A stretch of DNA of 64,000 bases from an uncultured cyanobacterium (GTDB lineage: Bacteria > Cyanobacteriota > Cyanobacteriia > Cyanobacteriales > CAWUOF01): assembly GCA_963744145.1 (NCBI GenBank), contig CAVUSO010000001.1, positions 3,488,001 to 3,552,000 of the forward strand. The letters are read 5' to 3'. This document shows positions 40,797-51,726 of this stretch, piece by piece. Below the pieces are notes generated by a model, which saw only the letters and a list, made by a program, of their open reading frames with translations, was not told the origin of the DNA and did not search any database. How positions within the stretch are numbered: position 1 is the stretch's first letter; the number at the start of each line of letters is the position of its first letter. Made by a program: the position numbers and the translations under genes.

Positions 40797-41205
40797 TTGC
40801 TTTTTCTCCTGAATCAAAATATACTTTTAGAAAAATTCCGATGGCGATCGAGTCTTCAACTAGATGGGGATCAAAAAAAAAGGTTGAACAAACTAGAAGG
40901 ATGCTTTTTGTTCACTCTATTTACATCATAGATACTCAGCCAAAAAATCAGATTGGTAAAAACTCGGAAAAAAACAATAAAGAAAAGTAAAAATCAGAGA
41001 TTGATCAACTATTACCTGGAGAAAAGTCAGATGGGTGAGCGGAATTGAGGGCAGGGAGTTGGGGGCAGATGATCTGGTTATTGTGCGTCAGGGAATATAA
41101 TGCGATCGCAGCTAATTTTGGCGAGAGAGAATAGATCTGGCAATCACCAGGAGATCATCACCCGGAAAGAAGCAATCAGACCAACTAGCTAGCAATAGCA
41201 AAACC

Positions 41206-42414
41206 ATGATGGAGAAAGTGCTGAGTGAAGAGCAGAAATGTCAGGAAACTTCGGTTAATGCGGATCAGAGGAGAAAAAACCGCATGACATTGGTAGAAGA
41301 ACTGAAACAAGAATGGGAAAACCGACTAAGTACAGAGTATCCGACTCTGGGCTACAAAAATCGGGAAAGCATCATTAGCTGGTTGTTGGGAGAAGAACCA
41401 GAACGGTTAGAAACTCTTCCCACCGATCAAGTGTCCATTGCTAAACAAGCAATGGATTATCGATGGCGAATTTTAAAACAACGCTATTTAATGACAACAC
41501 CAGAAAGAGCTTATCGGAATTTGATTCAAAGATTAGGCTCCTTGGTGTTACTACGGAATAAAATTAGGACTTGGGTAGCTCTAAGTCGCGATCGGCAACG
41601 GACAGTAGTCGATGTGTTAACCGAAGTAGTCCAGGAAATGTTACATAGCGATCGCTATATGCAGCAACAAATCGCCTGGATTGCCCAATGTAGTGCAGAA
41701 AAGCAAATGCGGAATGCACTTTTACTCGCTAATACAGAAGAATATTGTCTCCGACCAATCCGCAATCAACCATTACTGGTGTATCGATTTGTCAACTATC
41801 TGCGTCGGAGTCAACGGGGTGGGATGACCCAAGTTCCTGCTAAAGAACTGGTCAGGTTAGTTTCTGATGAGATTACCCCCGATGATGCAGACAATCCCTT
41901 AAGTTTGTTAGATGCTCAAGCTAGCATTCAATATCAGGAGTCTCAAAATTGGGAAGAACAGCAAGCGTTGCGACAGAATGTCCAACGAGAATTTGAAAAT
42001 TATTTAGCCGAAAAAGTTGATCCCCAAGCCGTCCGATGGCTCCAATTATATTTGCAAGGTCGCTCCCAGGAAGCGATCGCCCAAGATTTAAACTTACCGG
42101 TCAAACAAGTATATCGACTGCGGGAAAAAGTTAGCTACCATGCAATTCGGGTATTTGCTTTAAAAACTCAACCCGAAATCGTCGCTAATTGGTTAGAAAC
42201 ATCTGTACAGGAACATCAACTAGGGTTAACTCCCGGAGAGTGGCAAAATTATTGGAATAGTCTAACCAGCGATCAACGTCAACTGATTGAGGGGCTTAAA
42301 GCTGGTAAAAGTATCGAACAGCTAGCTCGAGAGTTAAAGCTGAAAACCAGCCAAGTCATGGGTGAGTGGAGTAAGCTTTATTTAGCGGCTCAAGCAATTC
42401 GGAGTGCATCCTAG
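41206..42414 (+). CDS. HetZ-related cyanobacterial HTH protein
   Basis: SRDRQRTVVDV, EEYCLRPIRNQPLL, two C-terminal HTH motifs; start may be 41284. Confidence 0.75.
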   Translation: MMEKVLSEEQKCQETSVNADQRRKNRMTLVEELKQEWENRLSTEYPTLGYKNRESIISWLLGEEPERLETLPTDQVSIAKQAMDYRWRILKQRYLMTTPERAYRNLIQRLGSLVLLRNKIRTWVALSRDRQRTVVDVLTEVVQEMLHSDRYMQQQIAWIAQCSAEKQMRNALLLANTEEYCLRPIRNQPLLVYRFVNYLRRSQRGGMTQVPAKELVRLVSDEITPDDADNPLSLLDAQASIQYQESQNWEEQQALRQNVQREFENYLAEKVDPQAVRWLQLYLQGRSQEAIAQDLNLPVKQVYRLREKVSYHAIRVFALKTQPEIVANWLETSVQEHQLGLTPGEWQNYWNSLTSDQRQLIEGLKAGKSIEQLARELKLKTSQVMGEWSKLYLAAQAIRSAS

Positions 42415-42885
42415 CAATTACCCTACTATTTAATCCAGCAATCAGCTTTTTTTTAAATTTTGTAACATTATGTCAGGGAAAAAAGTTCTGATGAAACTGA
42501 AACTTCGTTATCTGTGATATACCAAAAATACATCCTGGTAAATTTACCAAATTCTAGCTACGCATAGCAATATTGAAGGGATTTATTGCCCGCAGGTGTT
42601 TTTTTTTTAAACCGATATAATTAACTCCCATATCACCAGGGCAATCAGATGGGAGTTAGACTAATAGGATCAGTTATTGAGATCGGGTGCATCCAGTTAG
42701 AGAATTGCCGACTATTTAGCCCAGACTTGGAAAGTAACTTGTTAGTTTGGCGTTGAATCGTCGCAGTTTTACTACAAGAAAAGGAGTAAGGCTGATCTGA
42801 ACAACAGTTGGGAGTTTCCCATTCTGATCAGATTTCTCAGATCAGCCTGATCTGAACAGCGATCCAAATTTTATTGATAATTTGA

Positions 42886-43914
42886 ATGCTCACGATGAAT
42901 TCTGATCAGATATTTCGGCTTATAGATGGGATTTTACCCTTTGAAGCCTGCCTTTATTATCAGGTCCTACCATTATCCTTAGAAGGTAGTCGCCTCAATC
43001 TAGGTATGGTTGATCTTGAGGATTCGTCTGCTTTGAATTACGCAAGGCGGATTTTTGCTTATTTGAATTGTTCCCTAGTACCTCAGGCAATTTCAGCAGA
43101 AATGCACAAATCTGTGCTGTCTGCTTATTTGAGTTATGTGGGGACTTCACAAAAATCACAGCTCCAGAAAAAAACTCCTCATCAGGTTAAACCTGAATCA
43201 GCACCGCAACTAGAACTAGAGGAGAAGGTTGAGTCAAATCCCAAAACTAAGGGTTCATCAAGCTCGAAAGCAACCGGAATGTCCCTACCTACTTTAGAAG
43301 TTCATACCTACCATTTATCAAGTCCAGTGGAAGTTTTGGCTACCTTACCACCCCAACAATTACTGCGAGAATTGCTTGGTCGGATCTTAGTGGGTGGAAT
43401 TGGACGGCTTTATTTTGAACGACAAGAAGTCCAAGGTCGAATTCTGTGGAGTCAAAATGGTGTTTTGCAATCGGTTTTAGAAGCACTACCGATTGATTTG
43501 TTTCAAGGTGTGATTAATGAATTAAAACTGTTGACCCAACTCCCTTTGATTCCCATTCAAAATCCGAAACAGGTGGAGATTGAAAGGTGCTATCAACAAA
43601 GTCATTTATTGTTACGTTTGCGGCTTAAACCTGGCAATCATGGGGAAGAAGCTACCCTCCAAGTTTTGCGGGGGGCAGCTTTAAAATTTTATCAACAGCA
43701 ACAATTGGAAAACTTTAGCCGGGAGGCTCTAAGACACGCCCAACAATTGCATCGGAAACTCAAAGAAATTTGCGATCGCACTGAGATGAATCCAGCTTTG
43801 AATATTGGACAATTAGAAGCTTTGCCAGCCCTTGAACAAATTCTCACCAGTATCAATCACCAAATGGAAATGCTACAGAGCTTACCTACTAACGAGAAAA
43901 CCAACCCAAAATAA
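42886..43914 (+). CDS. GspE/PilB N-terminal-like protein lacking ATPase motifs
   Basis: LPFEACLYYQVLPL...LGMVD; GEEATLQVL; no Walker A. Confidence 0.65.
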   Translation: MLTMNSDQIFRLIDGILPFEACLYYQVLPLSLEGSRLNLGMVDLEDSSALNYARRIFAYLNCSLVPQAISAEMHKSVLSAYLSYVGTSQKSQLQKKTPHQVKPESAPQLELEEKVESNPKTKGSSSSKATGMSLPTLEVHTYHLSSPVEVLATLPPQQLLRELLGRILVGGIGRLYFERQEVQGRILWSQNGVLQSVLEALPIDLFQGVINELKLLTQLPLIPIQNPKQVEIERCYQQSHLLLRLRLKPGNHGEEATLQVLRGAALKFYQQQQLENFSREALRHAQQLHRKLKEICDRTEMNPALNIGQLEALPALEQILTSINHQMEMLQSLPTNEKTNPK

Positions 43915-43918
43915 TTAT

Positions 43919-44977
43919 TTAGACTAAAACTGGGGCTGGTTTAGGCCAACGCTCTACCGCTTTGCCAATCACGGACAAGTTTACCATGAGCTGCTCAAAT
44001 TGCTTAAAGGTGAGAGATTGGGGACCGTCTGACAAAGCTTTGGCTGGATTGGGGTGAACTTCAATCATCAGGGAATCTGCACCTGCGGCGATCGCGGCTT
44101 TAGCCATATCTGGGACATAAGTTGCCCAACCGGTGCCATGACTCGGATCAATCATAATTGGTAAGTGAGTCAACCGTCTGAGAACTGGAACTACTGATAA
44201 ATCTAAGGTATTGCGAGTATACTGTCTGTCAAAAGTCCGAATTCCCCGTTCGCACAGAATCACATTTTGATTACCTGCGGCTAAAATATACTCAGCTGCC
44301 ATCAACCAATCTTCAATTGTTGCAGCCATTCCTCTTTTGAGTAACACTGGTTTTTCCTGTGCCCCTACTTTTTTCAAGAGGGAGAAATTCTGCATATTTC
44401 TCGCTCCAATTTGGATCACATCTGCTACTTCACCGATTTTTTCTAGATCGGCTGTGTCCATTACTTCAGTAATTATTCCTAGTCCAGAAGCTGCTCGAGC
44501 AGCACTGAGTAAATTGAGGGCACTTTCTCCATGTCCTTGGAAAGCATAGGGAGAGGTGCGTGGTTTATAGGCTCCTCCTCGTAAAAAATGGGCTCCGGCT
44601 GCTTTGACCTGTTTTGCCGTTTCAATAATCATTTCTTCATTTTCGACGGAACATGGTCCAGCAACGATGACCAGGGGATGATGTTCGCCAAAAGTAATTG
44701 GGCCATTAGGAGTAGAGACAACAATCTCGCTAGCTTCTCCGTCACGAAATTCTCTACTAGCACGCTTAAAGGGTTGTTCTACTCGTAAGACGGTTTCAAT
44801 CGAGGGGCTAATTTCCTGAATTTGTAACGGATCAAGATCAGCTGTTTCCCCCACCAGTCCTAGAACCACCTTATAGCGTCCGACAATTTTTTCTGGTGAG
44901 AGACCCCATTGCTGAAGTTCTCCGATGACACGCTCAACTTCTACTTCCGGAGAACCAACCTTCATCACTACAATCAT
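43919..44977 (-). CDS. aroF: 3-deoxy-7-phosphoheptulonate (DAHP) synthase, class I-beta
   Basis: AGPCSVE, KPRTSPY, IGARNMQN, DPSH. Confidence 0.95.
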   Translation of the reverse strand: MIVVMKVGSPEVEVERVIGELQQWGLSPEKIVGRYKVVLGLVGETADLDPLQIQEISPSIETVLRVEQPFKRASREFRDGEASEIVVSTPNGPITFGEHHPLVIVAGPCSVENEEMIIETAKQVKAAGAHFLRGGAYKPRTSPYAFQGHGESALNLLSAARAASGLGIITEVMDTADLEKIGEVADVIQIGARNMQNFSLLKKVGAQEKPVLLKRGMAATIEDWLMAAEYILAAGNQNVILCERGIRTFDRQYTRNTLDLSVVPVLRRLTHLPIMIDPSHGTGWATYVPDMAKAAIAAGADSLMIEVHPNPAKALSDGPQSLTFKQFEQLMVNLSVIGKAVERWPKPAPVLV

Positions 44978-45071
44978 ATTAAATTACCTACTCAGTTGCT
45001 AATTATTGGCGATCGCTTATTTTGATTAGTCATTAGCCAATCAACAAGTTTGACCAATGACTAATAACTTT

Positions 45072-45521
45072 TCAGTCTTCCGTCTTCAGATCCTGTTTAG
45101 ATTTCCAGGCTGTTCTCAGACGACCAAAATTGGTAGTAAATTCATTCCAACCTAATTTAGTCCCAGAAATCTCTTCATCCCATGATGTGGAGATTACCCC
45201 ATAGCTTAGTCCTAATACGCCTAAGCCAAAAAAGCCCATACTGGTCAACACCACCGCAATATTAGGCAATTCTAGCCATTTATTGCTAATGATGATGTAA
45301 CTAGCAATAAAGGTACACATTCCTAAAGCAGTGGGAATACCGCTAAAAAATGCCATTCTTAGCCCCATCCGTCGGCTGACTGCGGGGGGGATGGCCATTT
45401 CGGCTCTAGTGACAGGAGAGGTTTGATCCTCTTTCGTTAGTGTTGGGCTATTTTTCGTCGGTTTCTTACGCTTTTTTCCAGGTTCAAAGGGTAAGCGGTT
45501 GCGTTCTGGTTCTGAAGACAT
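45072..45521 (-). CDS. PAM68 family photosystem II assembly protein
   Basis: IPPAVSRRM..R...GIPT, GLSYG..S.SWD; downstream of rpsO. Confidence 0.88.
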   Translation of the reverse strand: MSSEPERNRLPFEPGKKRKKPTKNSPTLTKEDQTSPVTRAEMAIPPAVSRRMGLRMAFFSGIPTALGMCTFIASYIIISNKWLELPNIAVVLTSMGFFGLGVLGLSYGVISTSWDEEISGTKLGWNEFTTNFGRLRTAWKSKQDLKTED

Positions 45522-45538
45522 AGATTTTAGTTACTGGA

Positions 45539-45808
45539 CTAACCGCGAATACCCAAACGAGTCAGCAGAGTGCGATAGCGGGTTGGGTTTTCCCGTTGGA
45601 CATAGTTTAATAGCCGCTTGCGCTGACCGATCAATTTTAACAATCCTCGGCGCGAAGAATGATCGCTTTTATTGACTTTCAGGTGTTCGCTGAGTCGGTT
45701 GATCCGTTCAGTGAGCATAGCTATTTGTACATCTGCCGAACCAGTATCGGTTTCGTGGATTTGGTAATCGGCCAATATTTCTTGTTTGCGATTTTGAGTT
45801 AGAGCCAT
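45539..45808 (-). CDS. rpsO: 30S ribosomal protein S15
   Basis: [21 protein letters not shown]. Confidence 0.98.
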   Translation of the reverse strand: MALTQNRKQEILADYQIHETDTGSADVQIAMLTERINRLSEHLKVNKSDHSSRRGLLKLIGQRKRLLNYVQRENPTRYRTLLTRLGIRG

Positions 45809-46494
45809 GAATGCTATCGATTTTTTGAATAAAAATACCGCAGTCTATGACTTTATCACATAAATCGTTATTGATGCAAATTTATAGATATTCTTTGGCC
45901 ATCAGGCAGGGGCAGATGGCTCTAACCTACTTTTCCGTCCTACTGAGGACTTTTTCCAGAAGTCTATTGACATTTACATCGTTTAATGTAAGGAAATTAC
46001 AGCGTAATTTACATTTGCTTGATACATTTATGTATTTTGAGGACATTCGCCAGTGGCAAGGTACTGCTGATTTTCTGGCCGCGATCGCTCAAATTTTGCC
46101 ATCATTCCCTGATTTATTATTGGAACAACAAATTATCGCTGAGGCTGATGGCCAAGACCCAACTTGGTCACCACCAATGCAAACAGTAACATTACCATTA
46201 ACTCCAGGACAGGCTAGCACGCTGGATCTAGCAGAAGATGCTGTTGTCTTACTAGCACAGGGAATTCTCCGGCAATACAGCGGAGTTCTCAACCGAGAAA
46301 TTGTGCGTCAAGACGATAGTATGCCATCGGAACTTTATCGAGCAATGTGTAAATTGGGTCGTCTAGACATTGAAGCAGGATTACCCGATCGCGCTGCTTG
46401 TGTACATAATGTGCTTGAACGTGCTAGATATCCGCTTCTAAAAATCTATGTAAACCTACGCAAAGGCAGAAATGAATAGACAAGACTCAGCGGT

Positions 46495-47985
46495 TTAAGT
46501 TTCTGAAGCATTATTTCTTAGTGCTTGCGCTTCCCCAGTATTGAGGTTGGCCAAGAAATCCCAGTTAGAAACGGTATAATAATCCTGTCTACGTTTGATT
46601 ACACCGGAATGCTTGATTTGGTTATTTAGTTGATGCCACTGACTGCAAACGTGCTTAGTTAAGTTCACCTCAACAAAGGCGGTTAAGGAGTCAGGTAATT
46701 TTTCCGATAGTTTCATGGCACGTCTGCCAATCACAAAGGCTGCGGCTTCATCACTGGCTAGGGCATACATCCGCAGATATTTGACCAGGCCAATCACGCT
46801 CGAATAAGCAGGATTGACCGTGATTAGTTCAATGCCTCGGTTGGCCAAGATTGAACTTAGTTGTTTAAAAAACTCAGAATATGCCCAGCCAGAAAGCATC
46901 CTGGCATATTTCTGACCAAGTTCTCTCAGCTGTTCTTTCTTAGTAGAAAAGTCTAACTGTTCGCAAACAATGGGGCATTGATATCTGATTGCTAAAATAG
47001 CTAGTTGCAAACAAGCCTCAACAATTTGAGCTTGTTGTTGGCCGTTGGGTAATCCAGTTTGTAACGAGATCTGACCATGTGCTTTGAGATTACCTTCATG
47101 GTCAAGGTATGCCCATCCAATTGAGCCAGGATTTAGGTCAATGCCGATAGATCCATAGTTTACAGAACGCGATATTTGCTTAACTGGTTTTGGGGTAAAT
47201 TGGACGGCAGTACACCATTTTCCCTCTTTGTAATAAAAGTGCCAAGTCTTAGCACCTGTTGCTGGTAATCGGTCAATATTTCTGGGGAAATCACCAATGT
47301 TGGACTCAACATATTTACCAAATTGGGACTCTAAACAAGCAGGGACTCTAAACTTTAAATTATTGCCGTCCCATTGGCAAGATTGATTTCCAAAAGATTC
47401 ACTCTTAGAGCCAACTACAAAGACTTGATTCCTTGGTACGAAAACCCGAATGGGGATAGTTTTTAGTTTGGCAATCCTTTGTTGATATCGGAACAGTTTT
47501 CGTTTCTTATTGTGGATTTGAAACCGTAAATGTTGCCAATTAGTTTGGCGATATTTTAATGAACTGGAGAGTGGAAAACCACAGCCAGTCTTACTATTGA
47601 CCCAATTCTTTTGACGATAAAACTTCCGGGCATCTTTCAGTTTCTTTTCAGCTTTCTTTAACCATTGCTCACAAGACTTCGCCTTACCTTCTAAGGTTTT
47701 GATATGTAAATCCCTACATTCCTTAGCACTATCAACCGCCCCTTTAGCAGACGCAATTACACCAGCAGCATGACGTTTGTTTATTTGATAAATATGCTGT
47801 AGATGTGTATTCCAATCGGATTTATTGAACGTTTGTCCTGATAACAAATGATTAACAGTTTCACATACTGCCTGACGGAATATTGGCGCATAAGCATTCA
47901 AAAACATCTCTAGCTGAGTTTTGCCAATGGCGTTTAACTCTTCTAGTGGTGTTGGTAGTCCTTTGCAGTACGTTAGCCTTGTCAT
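46495..47985 (-). CDS. tnpB: Large TnpB-like RNA-guided nuclease (496 aa)
   Basis: RuvC GIDLN, VCEQLDF, NPAYSS, SDEAAAFVIGRR; no CxxC zinc finger. Confidence 0.85.
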   Translation of the reverse strand: MTRLTYCKGLPTPLEELNAIGKTQLEMFLNAYAPIFRQAVCETVNHLLSGQTFNKSDWNTHLQHIYQINKRHAAGVIASAKGAVDSAKECRDLHIKTLEGKAKSCEQWLKKAEKKLKDARKFYRQKNWVNSKTGCGFPLSSSLKYRQTNWQHLRFQIHNKKRKLFRYQQRIAKLKTIPIRVFVPRNQVFVVGSKSESFGNQSCQWDGNNLKFRVPACLESQFGKYVESNIGDFPRNIDRLPATGAKTWHFYYKEGKWCTAVQFTPKPVKQISRSVNYGSIGIDLNPGSIGWAYLDHEGNLKAHGQISLQTGLPNGQQQAQIVEACLQLAILAIRYQCPIVCEQLDFSTKKEQLRELGQKYARMLSGWAYSEFFKQLSSILANRGIELITVNPAYSSVIGLVKYLRMYALASDEAAAFVIGRRAMKLSEKLPDSLTAFVEVNLTKHVCSQWHQLNNQIKHSGVIKRRQDYYTVSNWDFLANLNTGEAQALRNNASET

Positions 47986-48024
47986 TTAGACTTTTAAATC
48001 TTTTTTTATATCTGGATCTTAGCA

Positions 48025-48617
48025 TCATTGCTGAGATTCTGCAAGCTTTTCCAAAAGTTTTTTATTTTTGTTTGAGCGAGAGCCATAGAGTCGAGCCGAA
48101 AATACAGTGATAATCTCTAAAACATCGGAAGCTAGATCTTCTTCAAAGGTGGCATCTTCTTTTTTGTTCAGAATGACAATCTCAATGTCGTGATACTCGC
48201 AAACAGCAAAGATCAGCTCCGCCCCAAATCGTAGTAATCTATCCTTATGTGTTACTACCAAACGGGCGATATCCCCATCTAAAATCGCTGTCAGTAGTTT
48301 GGCTAAACCTTTTTTCCGATAGTTCATTCCACTACCTAGATCCCTAATTACCTCATATTCCCATCCCTTGGACTGGCAATAACCAGACAGCACGGCATCT
48401 TGTCTATCAAGGTCTGCTTTTTGGTCTAGGGTAGAAACACGGGCATAGGCGAGGGTTTTGCCTGGTTTTTGTTCTACAAAGTCTGATAAACGATCAATCT
48501 ATGTCCTCCATCAGTCCTGACTGATTTAATTTTCCCGTCATTCTCCCATCGTCTGATGGTGTCTACGCTGACAGCCTTAAGCTCGGCCAGTTCCCCAATA
48601 CTAATTAATCTATCCAC
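48025..48617 (-). pseudogene. tnpA: IS607 serine transposase, frameshifted near 48496
   Basis: MerR-like HTH (TIRRWE...GGHR) in one frame; YARVST, GSGMN, DRLLRFG, FSARLYG in another. Confidence 0.88.
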
Positions 48618-48910
48618 CGTTTTGCCTAGAATTTATCCTCTCAATTATAGGTAAACCTAGGTATTTTGGCAACAGTGATCATCCCTTTGATCAGTGGAAA
48701 TTAGATATTTTTTGCCAATCAAACTTTCGCTTTAGTCAAGCAACCCTCATCGATCCAGACTTAAGAGTACCAACTTCAGATTGTGCCGAAATTGCCAACA
48801 TGAGAGGAGCTTTTGGCGAAGACAATGTAATTGAACATCGCTTACACCAAAGATTACGCGAGGCAACTGAGCGGTTAGGAAGTCGTCAGCACAAAGCTTA
48901 TACGGCTGTA

Positions 48911-50030
48911 CTAGAGCATCAATATTATAGCGCAACAATTGCCGATCCTCGTCAGCCAATGACAGTGGCTTTAGGGGAAGAAAACACCGCTGTAAGAATT
49001 CCGATCTGACCGATTACTGCGCCCCTTGCCCCACGTCGAACCCATTCATTAGAAAGCATACCAAAAGAGAAAATTAGCATTCTCCTTTCAGAACTTGACG
49101 AAATAGCTATTGAGATGGATCGGCGAGAAGCTAATCATCCCGAAAAAAGACAAGGTAATTGGAGCAAAAGATTTAAAAATTTTGCTCTGATGGTGCCAGA
49201 AATTGGCCAGGGATTGCGAGAAGAAAGTGTGATCGAACTAGCAGATATCAAGCACTTAATTGGATTGCCAGGATCAGGAAAAACAACATTGCTAATATTG
49301 CTAGCTATTTGGCTAGGACAACGGGGTTATCAGGCGATGTTTGTATTTCCTTCTATTGAAGTTTCCAGACAATATATGGCAGAATTGACATTCCACGAAA
49401 TTAAAGTAGGGATGCTAGTTGGTCAAAGCGATCAAACTCGTCGGCAACACACGAACAAGATTGCTGAAGCGATCGCTGCTTCTGGAGGTAATGGTGGCTT
49501 TGCTTATACTCTAGAACAAGCAGAAATGTTTAGCATGAATTGCGTTCTGCCTGCGTTTTCCAATGCGGATACTTCCATGTGGGGTTTTGGTGATGCACAA
49601 TGCCAGAAAATCTTACAAAGTGGGGGTAAAAAGGGCAAATGAAAAAGTGCCTTTGTCCTGTTTGGACAATGTGCGGTCGGAACAAAGCTCTTCGAGATTT
49701 ACTGGATACTAATATTTGGGTCGGTCATGTTCTTTCAATGGATACTCAAGTGCCACCCCATGCTATTCGTGAACAAATCCGCTATTTTGAATTGATTGCT
49801 CGGACATTCGATGTCGTCGTTTTTGATGAAGCTGACATGGTACAGTCAAATCTCGATAATTACGGAGCCGCAACTTTGAGGCTTTCCGGTGCAGAAAATT
49901 CGCTTCATTTAGTGTTTCAAGAACAAATTCACAACCGTTTTGCTCGCGGAGAAAATTATCGATTATTTGACCGTGCAGTAGAACTTTATAGCCGCGATTT
50001 AGCAGAATTTGGTAACCACAATACCAATTT
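48911..50030 (+). pseudogene. pPIWI-RE-associated DinG-like SF2 helicase remnant
   Basis: Walker A GLPGSGKT, Cys cluster, Walker B VVFDEAD; in-frame TGA at 49007-49009; frameshift near 49640; both ends lost. Confidence 0.75.
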
Positions 50031-51259
50031 GTCTTACCAATTGAAAAGACTCAAGATAAAAATCTTCTTAAACTTGATGACTTTTTTATCGAGTGCAATC
50101 TGCTTTGAAAGATTTGCTTTTTGCTCATTCAGGTTATATTGAAGATGTGAAGACAAAGGTTGACAAATGGCTAAAAGATATTCCTGAAAAATCCCGACCC
50201 AAAGAAATTATCAGTATTACTATCGTCCGTAAACAAAAAGGTCGCGCTCGTGGTAATATTGAGAGTACATTTTTGCCTGTAGCTATGCGTTTAAATGTAG
50301 AGACAGGTAAGTGCGAAATGTGTTGCGCTTATGAAAGGGGTAAGAGCTTACAAATTAGTTCTTGGAGTAAATTTTCAGATGCGATCGCCTTCATTTCCCA
50401 AATTTCCCCAGTAAAACTAGCTAAGGACAAAACAGCACGTCAATCTCGTTTTATGAAATTTGTTCAGAAGGTTATTTCTACTTCTGTTAGTGAAGGTAAT
50501 TACCCCTTGGTGATGATTGATTCTTCTAACTGTGTATACCTTTGGCCTTGGCTTGCTGATGTTAGAATTGATGCTAACATAATTAACTTAGCACAGCAAA
50601 CAGGTACACCTTTATCCGAACACATGGAGCAAGAATGGAAAGGTGCGCGGCTGATTCGGATTCGTCAAGACCATGCACCGGGAATTATTGAAAAGAAAGT
50701 ACGACAGTTTGCAGAAACATCTCTGGATGACGCACGAACTAACAAAGAACTAAGTTCAGACTATGAAATTCCTTCAGCTTCCAGTACAATGAAGTTATTT
50801 AAACTAAAGAATGAAACTAATGAAAAAAATGAACCCAATCAAATAGGTTGTGTAGCTTACATATCTGTAGGGCATAAACCACTACACCATGAATCGCGCG
50901 GACAAAGTTGCTATCGCCGGACAGAAAAATCGATTTCTGTTAATAATCCTGATAGTTCCAAGGAGAAAGTTTTCAATAAAGCAGGATTAGAAGTTTGCCA
51001 GATCGGAATCCGTGAGCCATTTACAGGACAATATCCAACTCCCAATCCCATTGAAATAGTTGTTACTTTGCGACAACCAAATGATAATCCCGATTGTCTT
51101 GCTTTATTTGTGGAATCTCTACGCTATGGTTTTGTTCACTATAGTGATTGGTCTAGTTTACCAGCTCCGCTCTTTTTTGAACGTGTTATTCGAGACTATA
51201 TCAGTGAATTTGTAATTGAAGATGAGGCGACAGATGCAGAAGAAGACTTGGAGGAATGA
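50025..51259 (+). pseudogene. pPIWI-RE protein C-terminal part (MID end + RNase H-like PIWI domain)
   Basis: QFVLP...ALKDLL, LVMIDS...WPWL, RLIRIR, PNPIEI, LR...LPAPLF; N-terminal half absent; frameshift in T-run near 50082. Confidence 0.72.
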
Positions 51260-51294
51260 TCGTTTTCTAATTATATTGGGTTATCTGATCGCTA

Positions 51295-51726
51295 CTAATT
51301 TGTTCCGGGATAAAGTAGATGATCGGGATCTAACCAAACAATATAGAAAACTTCATCAATAAAAAATCCATGAACTCTACCATGTTCGTTTGATGAGAGA
51401 GAAAACTGGTAGGGAGTGTCTACTAGCTGTTCCTCACCTGGCAATCCAAACCCATTTTCACTTGTATCTTCCCATTTGATTGGATGAACTCTAATAGCAC
51501 TACTGCGATTCACCAGTAATTCTTGAGTAGACCAACCTGATAGAGCCTTTAAACGATTAAGTAGGGCTAGCCAGTATGTAGTTGCTTTTTCATTGCAGCA
51601 GAACTTATTATGACTATCCTGATAATACTTAAACGAAAAGCTAATGTTTTGAGGCTTCAGTTTTGTTGGTTTAATCCCAGATTTACCAGTTTTCAGGACT
51701 TGAGACTTTTTAATCTTCTTCGACAC
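51295..51726 (-). CDS. Putative toxin paired with Panacea antitoxin
   Basis: Overlaps the antitoxin stop codon; GRVHGF...FYIVWLDPDH RelE-like C-terminus. Confidence 0.6.
   Translation of the reverse strand: MSKKIKKSQVLKTGKSGIKPTKLKPQNISFSFKYYQDSHNKFCCNEKATTYWLALLNRLKALSGWSTQELLVNRSSAIRVHPIKWEDTSENGFGLPGEEQLVDTPYQFSLSSNEHGRVHGFFIDEVFYIVWLDPDHLLYPGTN

Larger units (their letters stand above)
46434..48684 (-). mobile_element. IS607-family element (serine transposase + TnpB)
   Basis: ATCC shared at both junctions (GG core on element strand); GTAAACCTA direct repeats near both ends; excision restores host frame. Confidence 0.9.
46030..48910 (+). pseudogene. pPIWI-RE module REase-associated (Y-domain-like) gene, split by IS607 and 3'-deleted
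   Basis: 46030-46433 joins 48685 onward in frame (ARYP|FDQWKL...LIDP...PTSDCAEIA); positioned first in the helicase-PIWI operon. Confidence 0.6.

Noticed and set aside
45847..46029. N-terminal extension of the 210-aa ORF
   Set aside because: Lies in the rpsO promoter region; the plausible start is ATG 46030, and the ORF's last codons come from IS607
46434..48684. IStron (group I intron within IS607)
   Set aside because: Only about 65 bp lie between the element end and the tnpA start, leaving no room for an intron core
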